A stretch of 64,000 nucleotides of DNA from Chloroflexota bacterium (GTDB lineage: Bacteria > Chloroflexota > UBA11872 > UBA12225). Position numbers and translations under genes: made by a program. The stretch is from contig JAUJOR010000003.1 in assembly GCA_030447525.1 (NCBI GenBank), positions 62,194 to 126,193 of the forward strand, read 5' to 3'. The notes below the pieces were generated by a model, which saw only the letters and a program-made list of their open reading frames with translations, did not search any database and was not told where the DNA came from. Shown in pieces: positions 9,655-19,423 of the stretch; position 1 is the stretch's first letter; every line of letters starts with the position of its first letter.

Positions 9655-11384
9655 GCCAGCAGTTCCTGTCGGGCCGCACCTGCGCGCCAGAGCCGGGCGA
9701 CGTGGGAGCGCGGATCGGCGGCCAGCGCCGCGAGCGGCCCGTACTCCACGGCGCGCCCCTGACGGAGGAGCAGGACGTCGTCCGCGCGCTCCAGGGTGGA
9801 GAGGCGGTGGGCGATCACGATGGCCGTCCTCCCGGCAAGCAGCCGGTAGAGCGCCCGCTCCAGGAGCGCCTGCGTCTCTGGATCCAGGCGGCTGGAGGCT
9901 TCGTCCAGGATCACCAGGTCCGGGTCCTTGACGAAGACCCGCGCCAGGGCGACGAGCTGCGCCTCCCCCGCCGAGAGCTGCCCCGGCGAGATCTGGACGT
10001 CCAGCCCGCCCGGCAGCCGGTCCAGCCACGGCCCGAGGCCGAGCGTCTCGAGCAGCGCCAGCAGGCGCGCGTCCGAGACGGCCGGATCGAAGAGCGTGAC
10101 GTTGTCCCCCAGCGTGGCATCGAAGAGCTGCACGTCCTGCGTCACCAGCCCGATGCGCCCACGCAGTGCTTGCGGATCGACGTGCCGCAGGTCGACGCCA
10201 CCCAGGCAGACGGCGCCCGCAGTGGGATCGTAGAGCCGAAAGAGGAGCCGCGCGCAGGTGCTCTTGCCGCTCCCGGTGTGGCCGAGCAGCCCCAGCGTCC
10301 GGCCCGGCGCCAGCACGAACGAGAGGTCGTGTAGGACGGGCTCTGCCTCGTACGCAAACGTGACGCTCCGGAACTCCACGGAGAGCGGCCCGGCTGGGAG
10401 CGCCACCGGCTCGGGCGGCTCTGCCAGCGTCGAGCGCGCGCCGAGCAGCTCGCGGATGCGGGCGATGGCCGCGTCCGCGTGCTGGTACTGCTGGAGCTGC
10501 GTGCGGATCGTCTCGATGGGCGAGGCCAGCATGGCGGCGTACGCCAGGACCAGGTAGACCTCCCCAAGGGTGAGCACCTAGGCGCGGTACAGTCCGCCGC
10601 CCAGGCCGTAGGCCAGCGCGTCCAGGACGGCAAACGATGCAATGGCCGCCGTCATGACGCTCTGGCTCCACAGCGAGGCGCGGAGGCGCACCGGCCGCCA
10701 GGCGCGCAGGTGCGCGAAGAAGCGCCGCAGCACGTACGGCACCGCCCCGCTGGCGCGGAGGTCCTCCGTGGCGCCGAGCACCTCGCCCAGGAAGCCGAAG
10801 AACGCGGCGCTGCGCTCGCGGTCCGCCTGCCAGTGGGGCGTGCCGCGCCGGCGGACCCAGCCGAGCAGGGCGATGGCGAGGAGCGCAAAGAGCGTGAAGG
10901 CGAGGCCAAGGCGTAGGTCGACAAGGGCGACTGCGCCGAGCACCCCGGCGAGGAGCAGTGCGCTGCCGGCCAGCCGCACCACAAAGGACGAGAAGAAGCC
11001 GGCCAGCGCCCCCACGTCCCCGTCCACGCGCTCGATCAGCTCGCCGGGCGTGCGCACCTTGTGAAACGTGAGGTCCAGGCGCAACAGGTGCGCCGTCAGG
11101 TCGGCCCGCAGCGCGTTCGTCGCCGTCCAGGCGACACGCTCGCTGGCGTACGCCGCGAGGACGTGCGCCCCACCTTGGGCGAGCGACAGGAGCAGGTACA
11201 GCAGCGCGGCGCGCAGCAGGGCGGCCTCGGCGGCGCCGGCGCGCGCCAGATCGATGAAGCACCGCACCACCTGCGGCCCGGCCAGCTGGAGACCGATGCT
11301 GGCCAGCAGCAGGGTGGCCATGACCAGCGCCGCGCGCCATTGCGGCCGGATGTAGCGGAGGAGGAGCTCGCGCATCGCATCCAC
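9651..11384 (-). pseudogene. ABC transporter ATP-binding/permease protein interrupted by an in-frame TAG at 10578-10580
   Basis: A single exporter-type reading frame holds a TMD (10581-11384, MDAMRELLLRYIRPQW...) and an NBD (9651-10577). The NBD has Walker A GHTGSGKST, signature LSAGEAQLVALARVF and Walker B LVILDEASSRLD. One amber codon separates them, and a GTG follows it immediately. This is a real nonsense mutation, a split gene, or a sequencing error. Confidence 0.6.
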
Positions 11385-11399
11385 AATGGCACCTCATCC

Positions 11400-11416
11400 C
11401 TGACACCTTCTGTCAG
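11400..11416. promoter_or_regulatory. 17-bp palindrome CTGACAccttcTGTCAG in the divergent promoter region; candidate operator
   Basis: Perfect 6-bp inverted arms with a 5-bp spacer. It lies 34 bp upstream of the WYL-regulator ATG and 16 bp from the ABC operon start on the other strand. Confidence 0.35.
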
Positions 11417-11449
11417 TGATTCGTGGTAACCTGGCCCCCAGGGCTGACC

Positions 11450-12505
11450 ATGCGTGCCGACCGCTTGATCGCACTGGCGCTGCTCGTCCAGTCGCGCGGC
11501 CGATTGACGGGTCAGGAGATCGCCAGTCGGCTAGAAGTCTCGGTGCGCACGGTCTACCGGGACCTGGACGCGCTCAGCGCCGCCGGCATCCCAGTGGTGG
11601 CCGAGTCCGGTCGCGGCGGCGGCATAACGCTGCCCGACGGCTACCGCGTGGACCTGACGGCCCTCAACCAGGACGAGGCGCGCGCCCTCTTCCTGGGCAC
11701 CTCGCCGGGATCCGTGGGACCGCTGGACGCCCTGGGGGTGGGGCCGGTGCTGGACGCGGCGCTGCGCAAGCTCTCGGCGGCGCTCCCGACGACCACGCGC
11801 CACGCCGCCGAGCGCGCCCGCCAGCGTCTGCTGGTGGATCCGGCAGACTGGTGGGAAGCGCCCCCGCCCGCGCCGCCCGCCCTGCGCGCGGTGGCGGAGG
11901 CCGTCTGGCGCGAGCAGCGCCTGCGCTTCACCTACGCCCGGTGGGGACCCGGCGCCGAGGCGGCCGGCGTGGCGGGCAAGAGCGCGCAGCGGCTGGTGGA
12001 CCCCTACGCGCTGGTGGTCAAGCACGGCGCGTGGTACCTCATCGCTGCCCCCGTGCAACACTCGCCTCCCGGCATGCCGAAGCAGCCGACGGACGAGGGA
12101 CCTCCCGAGGCGCCGGCGCCCGAGCGACCGGCCGTGTTCCGCATCTCCCGCATGCGGGACGTGGCGCTCACGGACGAGCCGAGCGTGCGTGTGGCAGGGT
12201 TCGACCTGGTGGCGTTCTGGGCCGAGGCGTGCGTGGAGTTCCGCGCCACGCGCCCCAAGCTGGCGGCCCGGGTGCGCGCCACACCTGAGGTGGCCCGGCG
12301 CCTGGCACGCATCTTTGCCGGCGGCGCGCCGCTGCCGGAGCCCGATGACGATGGCCGGTGCACGCTGGCGGTGGATCTGCAGACCGAGGACATCGCCTGC
12401 CACGAGCTGCTGGGCCACGGCCCCCAGGTGGAGGTGCTGGAGCCTGCCTCGCTGCGCGACCGGCTGGCAGCCAACCTCCGCGCCGCGGCCGCCCTCTACG
12501 GGTGA
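11450..12505 (+). CDS. WYL-domain transcriptional regulator (HTH-WYL-WCX architecture, YafY/PafBC-like)
   Basis: N-terminal HTH (MRADRLIALALLVQSRGRLTGQEIASRLEVSVRTVYRDLDAL). Central WYL-like region (YALVVKHGAWYLIAAP). C-terminal extension. Confidence 0.75.
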   Translation: MRADRLIALALLVQSRGRLTGQEIASRLEVSVRTVYRDLDALSAAGIPVVAESGRGGGITLPDGYRVDLTALNQDEARALFLGTSPGSVGPLDALGVGPVLDAALRKLSAALPTTTRHAAERARQRLLVDPADWWEAPPPAPPALRAVAEAVWREQRLRFTYARWGPGAEAAGVAGKSAQRLVDPYALVVKHGAWYLIAAPVQHSPPGMPKQPTDEGPPEAPAPERPAVFRISRMRDVALTDEPSVRVAGFDLVAFWAEACVEFRATRPKLAARVRATPEVARRLARIFAGGAPLPEPDDDGRCTLAVDLQTEDIACHELLGHGPQVEVLEPASLRDRLAANLRAAAALYG

Positions 12506-12687
12506 CTCGATGCGACGGCTTCGCCGGCTGACCACCGGCAAGAAGACGCCGCCAGGGTTGCCAAGCGTCGATCGGGTGAGGCGAGCAACAGTCACTGGTA
12601 CCTTGAGCGCCGTCCGATAGCCCGCGCGACGGCCACCACCGCTCCAGCAGCCACAATGGGGCAACGCATACCGCGCCGGAGGAGCCC

Positions 12688-12947
12688 GTGGCGAAGAGCG
12701 ACCAGGGGGAGTTGATTGCGGCGGAACTGACGGTGGCCAGGACACAGGACGGCGTCACGCACAGCGGGGCCGTGTTCCGTCCCGCCGGCTCCGCCAATGG
12801 CGGTGGGCCGCAGCCGGTCCCGGTCGTGTGGGTGCGCGGTGGCGGCCAGAACTTCTATTGCCCCTCGTACCTGCGGATCGGCCGGGCGGTGGCGGCGCTG
12901 GGCCACCCGTTCCTCAGCGTGAACACGCGGGGCCGCGACATCGCGGC
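12688..12947 (+). pseudogene. alpha/beta (dienelactone-type) hydrolase N-terminal fragment truncated by an IS insertion
   Basis: VFRPAGSANGGGPQPVPVVWVRGGGQNFYC...FLSVNTRGRD resembles the N-terminus of an esterase or hydrolase. The frame runs directly into an IS left end at ~12948. Confidence 0.35.
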
Positions 12948-13196
12948 TGGAATAACCCCGCCTTGGTGGACGCCCTCACACGAGGGGGCAAGAGGCTCCG
13001 AAAGAAGGGAGTCCGGACCGATGGGAGCGAGGACGAGACCGCCGTATCCGCCGGCGTTCCGTGCTGAGGCCGTGCAGCTGGTGCACGCCAACGGGCGGTC
13101 GTTGGGCCAGGTGGCCAAGGACCTGGGGTGCACCACCAGACGCTGCGCCGCTGGGTCAAGCAGGCCGCTCTTGTGAACACCGCCTCCCACTCCTGA
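12948..13196 (+). mobile_element. IS3-family insertion sequence remnant (left end plus frameshifted 5' part of orfA)
   Basis: Left-end-like sequence TGGAATAACCCCGCCTTGGTGGAC is followed by an ATG at 13021 encoding PPYPPAFRAEAVQLVHANGRSLGQVAKDLG, an IS3 OrfA HTH. A 1-nt frameshift is needed to continue into HHQTLRRWVKQAA, after which the element is truncated. Confidence 0.5.
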
Positions 13197-13358
13197 GCAT
13201 CCGAGAGCAGCAGTCGGTCGCTCCCCGCGCGGCGCTCCCTCACACCGAGCGTTGTACCGAACGCGAGCCGGGCCGAGCCGCTGGCGCCGCGCTACCGGCA
13301 TCACCTTCGGACCGCGCCAGCGACTCCGCTCCGTCCGTAAGCGTGGTTCTGCGCGCTG

Positions 13359-13600
13359 CTAGCGGTAGCGTCCCGCCTGCATTTCATAGAGCTCGGCGTA
13401 GCGCCTACCGAGTGCCACCAGCTCATCGTGCCTCCCCGCTTCGACGATGCGCCCGCCCTCCAACACGAGAATCTGGTCGGCCATCCGCACCGTGGAGAAG
13501 CGGTGGCTGATGAGAAGCGCGGTCTTGCCGGCCACCAGCTCGCGGAAGCGGTCGAAGAGCCGGTACTCCGCCTCGGCGAGCTCACCGCCGAGCGCCTCCC
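13359..13600 (-). pseudogene. ABC transporter ATP-binding protein C-terminal fragment
   Basis: Only the last ~75 aa of an ABC ATPase remain: KTALLISHRFSTVRMADQILVLEGGRIVEAGRHDELVALGRRYAELYEMQ (H-loop, D-loop region). No Walker A or signature motif lies upstream. Confidence 0.45.
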
Positions 13601-13659
13601 GCCCCGCCGCCCCCGCCAGAACCCGCGCCAGGTCCGCCGCAAGATGAGCAACTACCCCC

Positions 13660-13893
13660 TCAAGCGTCCGCCACCGGCTTCGCCGTCCGCGGCGGGGGCG
13701 CCGCTTGCCCGTCTGCGCGGGCCGCCTCCAGCCAGCTCTCGATCGCGTCCTGGGCGTTCCGTCCCGCCTCCTCGTAGGTGCGGCCATGCGTGCGGCAGCC
13801 GGGGAGGTCCGGCACGGTCACCACGAAGATCGCGTCGTCCGGATCCCACTCCATCGTCACCGAGTACCGCGCCGGCTGAATTGTTGCCGCCAT
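13660..13893 (-). CDS. hicB: type II toxin-antitoxin system HicB-family antitoxin
   Basis: YSVTMEWDPDDAIFVVTVPDLPGCRTHGRTYEEAGRNAQDAIESWLEA is the HicB/UPF0150 fold signature. 77 aa. Confidence 0.7.
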   Translation of the reverse strand: MAATIQPARYSVTMEWDPDDAIFVVTVPDLPGCRTHGRTYEEAGRNAQDAIESWLEAARADGQAAPPPRTAKPVADA

Positions 13894-14125
13894 CTCCCGC
13901 TGCTCCCCGTTGCTCCTTGCGGCCCTCGGCCGCGCGCGCCCGCGCGAGCCCCTCCTGCACGTCCCGTTCCTGGTAGCGCTTGGCGTCGTCTCCGTCGCCG
14001 CCGCAGGGCGTGAGGCGCTCCGGCAGCAGCGGGTGACTCCACATGGTGTGACTCCCCTTCCCGGCCCGCTCGCTGAAGCCCGCGCGGCGGAGGGCGGCCT
14101 TGAGCTCTCGGATCTCCGGCGGCAT
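13894..14125 (-). CDS. hicA: HicA-family mRNA interferase toxin (reading frame lacks a stop before hicB; possibly frameshifted or fused)
   Basis: MPPEIRELKAALRRAGFSERAGKGSHTMWSHP matches the HicA N-terminal core. The frame stays open to 13652 through the whole of hicB in another frame, so the native C-terminus is unclear. Confidence 0.45.
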
Positions 14126-14252
14126 GCGCCAACACGTCCATGATACGCCCAGGCCCGACGCCCCGGTGGATCGCCTCCCCGGGCGTGGCACGAGCGGCCC
14201 GCGTCCCCACGACTCGGCGCGGAGACGGTGAGCGCCTGCAGGTCGTGCGCGG

Positions 14253-14418
14253 AACTACACCTTGACCGTGCCGGTCACCCCTGACGCATGAACCTGCGGC
14301 CGACACCGGCCGACTCCCGGATGGGCGCGTCTCTTTTCACCGCACTGCTCCATGGCCCTACGGGCCACCACCGACGGGGGAAAGCGGCACCACAGGCGCT
14401 ATTTTCGGAGCACCACGC
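14253..14418. repeat. direct repeat copy 1 (~166 bp); second copy at 24451-24617
   Basis: The two copies differ by 2 substitutions and 1 single-base indel. The unit contains short GC hairpins (GACCG-TGC-CGGTC and GGCCG-ACAC-CGGCC) and ends with GCGCGTCTCTTTTCAC. Confidence 0.85.
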
Positions 14419-14641
14419 CTCCCGGATCTTGCGTGCTCCGGCTGGGCTGGCGCGGCCCCTCCGGTTCGGTCGCGCTGGACGCCTCGCATCGCCGAGCTGC
14501 GCCAGCACGTGTCGGCGCATGTCCGCCCATGACCATCCCCGTGCAGCGCTCTTCGCCCAGGACGATCGGAATGCGGCGCTCGTTCGGCCGGTGTCGATTC
14601 CGGTGACGTCCATTTGTTTAGTGTGTGGAAAGGAGCACCCC

Positions 14642-15532
14642 ATGTCCGCAGCCTCGTCAGCCACCGCATCCGCCGCCTCACGGCTCAAGCCGCACCCCCT
14701 TCTCGCCGGTCTCGTCGTCGGCGAATCCCCCCGCTGGCACGACAGCCGCCTCTGGTTCGCCAACTGGGGCGCCCAGGAGATCGTCGCCGTGGACGCCAAG
14801 GGCATCAGCGAAGTCGTGGCCCGCGTCCCCACCACCGTCCCCTTCTGCATCGACTGGCTCCCTGACGGCCGCCTGCTCGTCGTCTCTGGCCAGGAGGCCC
14901 GCCTCCTGCGCCGCGAACCCGATGGCTCTCTCATCACCCACGCCGATCTGAGCGCTCTCTCGAGCGGCCCCTGGAACGAGATCGTCGTTGATTCCCGCGG
15001 CAACGCCTACGTCAACAGCATCTGCTTCCGCTTCGGCGAGGAAGACTTCCGCCCCGGCATCATCGCCCTGGTCACCCCGGAAGGCGCCGTCCGCCAGCTG
15101 GCTTCCGATGTCGCCTTCCCCAACGGCATGGTCATCACCCCGGACGGCAAGACGCTCGTCGTCGCCGAGTCCTTCGCCGGCCGCCTCACCGCATTCGACA
15201 TCGCCCCGGATGGCTCGCTCTCCAACCGCCGCGTCTGGGCCGAGGTCGGCGGCGACGGCATCTGCATGGACGCCGAAGGCGCCATCTGGTGCTCCGTCGT
15301 CCACGATGGGAGCCCCGCCGCCCTCCGTGTCCGCGAGGGAGGCGAGGTGCTGGACCGCATCCCCCTCGAGCTCCCCTGCTTCGCCTGCGCCCTCGGCGGC
15401 CCGGACGGCACGACCCTCTTCATGCTCGTCGCGGACTGGCAGGGCATAGAGAACATGGACGCCCTCTTCCGCAGCCGCACCGGCCAGCTCCTCGCCGCCA
15501 CCGCCCCGGCGCCGCGCGCCGGCCGCCCATAG
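14642..15532 (+). CDS. SMP-30/gluconolactonase/LRE-like region family protein
   Basis: 296 aa with six-bladed beta-propeller hydrolase motifs ([45 protein letters not shown]). A strong RBS GGAAAGGAG precedes the ATG. Confidence 0.7.
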   Translation: MSAASSATASAASRLKPHPLLAGLVVGESPRWHDSRLWFANWGAQEIVAVDAKGISEVVARVPTTVPFCIDWLPDGRLLVVSGQEARLLRREPDGSLITHADLSALSSGPWNEIVVDSRGNAYVNSICFRFGEEDFRPGIIALVTPEGAVRQLASDVAFPNGMVITPDGKTLVVAESFAGRLTAFDIAPDGSLSNRRVWAEVGGDGICMDAEGAIWCSVVHDGSPAALRVREGGEVLDRIPLELPCFACALGGPDGTTLFMLVADWQGIENMDALFRSRTGQLLAATAPAPRAGRP

Positions 15533-15552
15533 GATAGGAAAGGAAGCAGCCC

Positions 15553-15924
15553 ATGAGGCAGTACCTGCTCACCATCTACCAACCGGATGGCCCTCCCCCA
15601 CCGCCCGAGCTCCTGGACCCCATCATGCGCGACGTGGACGCCTTCATCCAGGAAGCCAAGGACGCCGGCGCCTGGGTCTTCAATGGCGGGCTGCACCCAC
15701 CCAGCACCGCCACCGTCGTCCGCCTCCAGGACCCCAGCCACCGCGGGGACGGCGAGCTCCTCATGACCGACGGCCCCTACGCCGAAGGCAAGGAGCACGT
15801 CGGCGGCTTCATCATCGTGCGCGCGCCGGACCTCGACGGCGCGCTCGCGTGGGCGTTGAAGCTGGCCCGCGTGCTCCCCCTCCCCATCGAGGTCCGCCCC
15901 TTCCAGGACGACGCCGCGAGCTGA
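15553..15924 (+). CDS. YciI-like (YCII-related, DGPF) domain protein
   Basis: 123 aa, [13 protein letters not shown]...[29 protein letters not shown]. It sits immediately upstream of the ECF sigma factor gene. Confidence 0.75.
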   Translation: MRQYLLTIYQPDGPPPPPELLDPIMRDVDAFIQEAKDAGAWVFNGGLHPPSTATVVRLQDPSHRGDGELLMTDGPYAEGKEHVGGFIIVRAPDLDGALAWALKLARVLPLPIEVRPFQDDAAS

Positions 15925-15926
15925 GC

Positions 15927-17165
15927 GTGGGCGTGACTGCGCTCCCCAAGCCGGAGATCGAGCGTGTCTTCCGCGAGGAGTACGGCCGCGTCGTCGCCAT
16001 TCTCGTCCGCATCTGCGGCGACATCGACCTCGCCGAGGAGGCGGTCCAGGACGCCTTCACGGTTGCCCTCCAGCGGTGGCCCTCCGAGGGACTCCCACCA
16101 AGCCCGGGCGGCTGGATCATCACCACCGCCAGGAACCGGCTCATCAACCAACTCCGGCGCGAGGCATCACGCCAGGACCGCCACGCCCAGGCCGCCCTGC
16201 TCCAGACGCTGCATCATGGTTCCCCAGAAGCCGAGGAGGGCGCCGTGCGCGACGACCGCCTGCGCTTGATCTTCACCTGCTGCCACCCCGCGCTCTCGCC
16301 CGAGGCGCGCGTTGCCCTCACCCTGCGCCTCCTGGGCGGCCTCACCACCGCCGAGATCGCCCGCGCCTTTCTTGTCCCCGAGCCTACCATGGCCCAGCGC
16401 CTCGTCCGCGCCAAGGGCAAGATCCGCGATGCCCGCATCCCCTACCGCGTCCCCGCGGACTCGGAGCTCCCCGCCCGCCTGCCCGCCGTCCTCGCCGTCG
16501 TCTACCTCATCTTCAACGAGGGCTACGCCGCCAGTTCCGGGGACCGGCTCATCCGCGAAGACCTCTGCGCCGAGGCCATCCGCCTCAGCCGCCTCCTCGC
16601 CCAGCTCATGCCGGACGAGCCGGAAGTCCTCGGCCTCCTCGCCCTCATCCTCCTTACGGAAGCCCGCCGCGCCGCGCGCACCGATCCAGACGGCCAGCTC
16701 GTCCTCCTCGCCCACCAGGACCGCGCCCGCTGGGAGCGCCCCCTCATCCACGAAGGCCAGTCTCTCGTCCGCCGCTGCCTCCGGCTCAACCGCCCCGGCC
16801 CGTACCAGCTCCAGGCCGCCATCAACGCCGTCCACAGCGACGCCCCCACCGCCGGGCAGACAGACTGGCGCCAGATCCTCCAGCTTTACGACCAACTCCT
16901 CGCCGTTGCCCCCACGGCCATCGTCGCCCTCAACCGCGCTGTCGCCGTCGCCGAGGTGGAGGGCCCCACCGCCGCCCTGGCCCTCGTAGACGCCCTGGAC
17001 CTCCACTCCTATCACCTTTTCCACGCCATCCGCGCCGACCTCCTCCGCCGCCTGGGCCGCCGCTCCGAAGCAGCCGAAGCCTACGACGCCGCCATCGCCC
17101 TCACCCGCAACGCCGCCGAGTGCGCCCTCCTGCAGCGCAGACGGGACGCGCTCGACGCTACCTAG
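15927..17165 (+). CDS. RNA polymerase sigma-70 factor, ECF subfamily, with a long C-terminal extension (ECF42-like)
   Basis: GTG start 2 nt after the YciI stop. Sigma-2 region [30 protein letters not shown] and sigma-4 [36 protein letters not shown] are followed by a ~200-aa helical extension. Pairing with YciI is typical of ECF42. Confidence 0.75.
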   Translation: MGVTALPKPEIERVFREEYGRVVAILVRICGDIDLAEEAVQDAFTVALQRWPSEGLPPSPGGWIITTARNRLINQLRREASRQDRHAQAALLQTLHHGSPEAEEGAVRDDRLRLIFTCCHPALSPEARVALTLRLLGGLTTAEIARAFLVPEPTMAQRLVRAKGKIRDARIPYRVPADSELPARLPAVLAVVYLIFNEGYAASSGDRLIREDLCAEAIRLSRLLAQLMPDEPEVLGLLALILLTEARRAARTDPDGQLVLLAHQDRARWERPLIHEGQSLVRRCLRLNRPGPYQLQAAINAVHSDAPTAGQTDWRQILQLYDQLLAVAPTAIVALNRAVAVAEVEGPTAALALVDALDLHSYHLFHAIRADLLRRLGRRSEAAEAYDAAIALTRNAAECALLQRRRDALDAT

Positions 17166-17178
17166 CCGAGGGTCGGTC

Positions 17179-17222
17179 ATAAATACGCCGCGGCCGCTTG
17201 ACGGCGGCCGCGGCGTATTTAT
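17179..17222. terminator. bidirectional intrinsic terminator: perfect 19-bp stem with A/T-rich flanks
   Basis: ATAAATACGCCGCGGCCGC-ttgacg-GCGGCCGCGGCGTATTTAT lies between the convergent sigma-factor gene (+) and methyltransferase gene (-). Confidence 0.7.
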
Positions 17223-17377
17223 GAGTTGCTCCGGTGGTTCGCTGGGTGTGAGAACCGGTCAAGCCGCATGCGCGATGACCGGAAGGACTTTGCCCGCCCC
17301 GCAACGGAGCATCGATGCCCGTATGCGTGGTTCGTGATCCGGTGCGTGGGAGGCGCCCGGGCATGCTTGGCTTCCCA

Positions 17378-17968
17378 TCAGTGTCCACGCGGTTCGGAGG
17401 CCGCTGCCACCGCCGCGGCGGCGCGGGGCATCACCAGCAGGGGCCAGAGGCAGGTGGTCAGCGATAGGCACTTCCCCACCGTATGCGCCCCGAGCAGTCC
17501 CAGGCGCTCTCCCAGCAACCCCCCGGCGAGTGCGCTCAGCGGCAGCGCGCCCCAGCCCACGAACCGGATGGTGGCGCTCACCTGCCCCGCGACGGCCACG
17601 TCCACGCTCCCGTCGGGCAGCGGCAGCGCCTCTGCGCTCCCCTGCAGGACATCGACGTCCGGCAGCACCGCGCGGAACTGCTCGCGCATGGCCGCCACAG
17701 GCTCCACGGTGACGATCCTCGCCCCCGTCCCCAGGAGCTGGCGGGTCAGCTTGCCCGTGCCGGCGCCGACGTCCACCACGCGCGTGCCGGGCGTGATGCG
17801 CAGCGCTTCCACCAGCATCGCGACGGCTTCAGGAGCATAGCCGGGCCGGCTCCGCTCGTAAGAGGTGGCAGCAACCTGGTAGCCCTGGGTGGCGGGGTGG
17901 ACGCCCACCGGGTCATCGTAGCAGCGTCGCCTCCCCACGTGCGCCAGGGCGAGGGAGGCTGTGCCCAC
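17378..17968 (-). CDS. class I SAM-dependent methyltransferase
   Basis: Motif I VVDVGAGTGKLTRQL with post-I acidic residue and motif II/III region (DVDVLQGSAEALPLPDGSVDVAVAGQ). Confidence 0.6.
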   Translation of the reverse strand: MGTASLALAHVGRRRCYDDPVGVHPATQGYQVAATSYERSRPGYAPEAVAMLVEALRITPGTRVVDVGAGTGKLTRQLLGTGARIVTVEPVAAMREQFRAVLPDVDVLQGSAEALPLPDGSVDVAVAGQVSATIRFVGWGALPLSALAGGLLGERLGLLGAHTVGKCLSLTTCLWPLLVMPRAAAAVAAASEPRGH

Positions 17969-18049
17969 GATGCTTCATCGCTCTCTAACAGGAGCGGCCC
18001 AGGAGCGCTGCTGGCGCCCCTTGGGGCCGGCGCCTATGATGTGCGCTCG

Positions 18050-18859
18050 ATGGCCGCCGCTGCACGCAGCCTGGCTCCACGCGACGCAGGTGATCCTGGG
18101 TACTACGTCCGGCACCTCAGTGCGATCAATGGGCTGGAACAGACGAGGGGCTACAAGCGCCGCACGCTGGAACTGCTCGGGGTCGCCCCTGGGCAGCGCG
18201 TCCTGGATGTGGGCTGCGGCGCCGGCGACGAGGTGCGCGCGCTGGCCCGGCTCGTCGGGCTGTCCGGGCAGGCGACCGGGATCGACGCGGGCGAGGCGAT
18301 GGTCGCCGAGGCCCGGCGCCGCGCCGTCGCCGAAGGGAGCACGGCGCGCTTCGCGACGGCCGACACCGCCCGGCTGCCCTTCCCGGACGCTCGTTTCGAC
18401 GGCTGCCGGGCCGATCGTGTCCTGCAGCACCTGGCCGATCCGGCGTCAGCGGTGGCGGAGATGGCACGGCTGGTAAGGCCCGGGGGCCGGGTGGTGCTCG
18501 CCGAGCCGGACTGGGAGACGTACGTCGTCGACGCGCCCGACCGCGGCCTTACCCGCCGTATCCTGAACGCCCGCTGCGACCGCTTCCCCAGCGGCTGGGT
18601 CGGGCGGGGCCTGCCTCGGCTACTCCGCGCCGCCGGGCTCGAGGTGCTCGCCGTGCAGCCCATGACGGCCGTCCACACCCGCCTGGGCGAGGCCGACGCG
18701 GTGGGCATCCTGCGCGCCAGCGCGGCCCGCGCCACCGCCGACGATGCGATCTCCGCCGTCGAAGCCGATGCGTGGATCGCGTCCCTGGAGCGGGCCGACC
18801 GCGACGGGCACTTTCTCGCCGCCGGCACGCTCTTCATCGCCGCTGCCTGCAGATCCTGA
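18050..18859 (+). CDS. class I SAM-dependent methyltransferase (Methyltransf_11/25-like)
   Basis: Motif I VLDVGCGAGDEVRALAR and motif region FDGCRADRVLQHLADP, VRPGGRVVLAEPDW. The start was chosen at the ATG after the antisense overlap with the divergent methyltransferase ends. Confidence 0.6.
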   Translation: MAAAARSLAPRDAGDPGYYVRHLSAINGLEQTRGYKRRTLELLGVAPGQRVLDVGCGAGDEVRALARLVGLSGQATGIDAGEAMVAEARRRAVAEGSTARFATADTARLPFPDARFDGCRADRVLQHLADPASAVAEMARLVRPGGRVVLAEPDWETYVVDAPDRGLTRRILNARCDRFPSGWVGRGLPRLLRAAGLEVLAVQPMTAVHTRLGEADAVGILRASAARATADDAISAVEADAWIASLERADRDGHFLAAGTLFIAAACRS

Positions 18860-19423
18860 ATGGCGGTCGGACGATACGCCCCCACCCCGCGCCTCTGGGG
18901 CGGCCAGGTCGCGGCATCTGTGGCCATAGACGCGAAGAAACAGAACCATGCTTCCAGCACGGCAGCGACACGCGATCTTCGTGGCGCAGGCGCTCGACGC
19001 CCTCGGCGCCACCTCTGCCTCGTAGCACGTCACCATTGCGGTCCCATGTGAGGGGCGATTCGTCTCCAACGACGCCGTTGCCGGCGGGCCGCCACAGACA
19101 ACAACCAGGCTTGCCGCCATTCAGGCGTCTTCCGCATGACAATCGAACTGCTTCGGAGAGCCTGGTGTCAGCAGGCTCCCAGAAGGCTTGTTATCAGACT
19201 CGGCTGAGGTTGAGAGATGACTCCGTGCACCCACGAGGAAACGTCGCTGAGCGCCAGGAGCAGGTCGCCCGGCCGGCGTGAGAGAACCTGACGCGGGGCT
19301 CGCAGTTGATCCACGGCCAGCTGCCGAAGCGCCGCTCAGCGGCTCGGCGGCCTCATCCGCGCCCACGGGGTCGCCACTGGCAGAGCCGGATTCTGGACCC
19401 TCTGGTCGGTAGACTCGCGGACG

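Noticed and set aside
8296-9762. 488-aa plus-strand ORF and several 200-aa ORFs inside the ABC exporter region
   Set aside because: They are antisense to genes with unambiguous Walker A and signature motifs. The composition is typical of shadow frames.
14253-14418. Considered whether the repeat unit is a known riboswitch (ZTP, guanidine-II/mini-ykkC) or an ECF-sigma promoter
   Set aside because: The hairpin loops are TGC and ACAC rather than ACGR. There is no ZTP pseudoknot consensus and no clear GGAAC/CGTC-type ECF promoter spacing. Left as unclassified pending a covariance-model scan.
14288-14641. 118-codon N-terminal extension of the SMP-30 ORF, and the matching extension of the HExxH ORF from 24550
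   Set aside because: Both extensions lie inside the 166-bp repeat and translate to Arg/His/Pro-rich sequence. The internal ATGs with strong RBS and the domain boundaries argue for the shorter genes.
16167-17180. 337-aa minus-strand ORF across the sigma-factor gene
   Set aside because: Gly/Glu/Asp-rich mirror of the sigma-factor coding frame. No start context.
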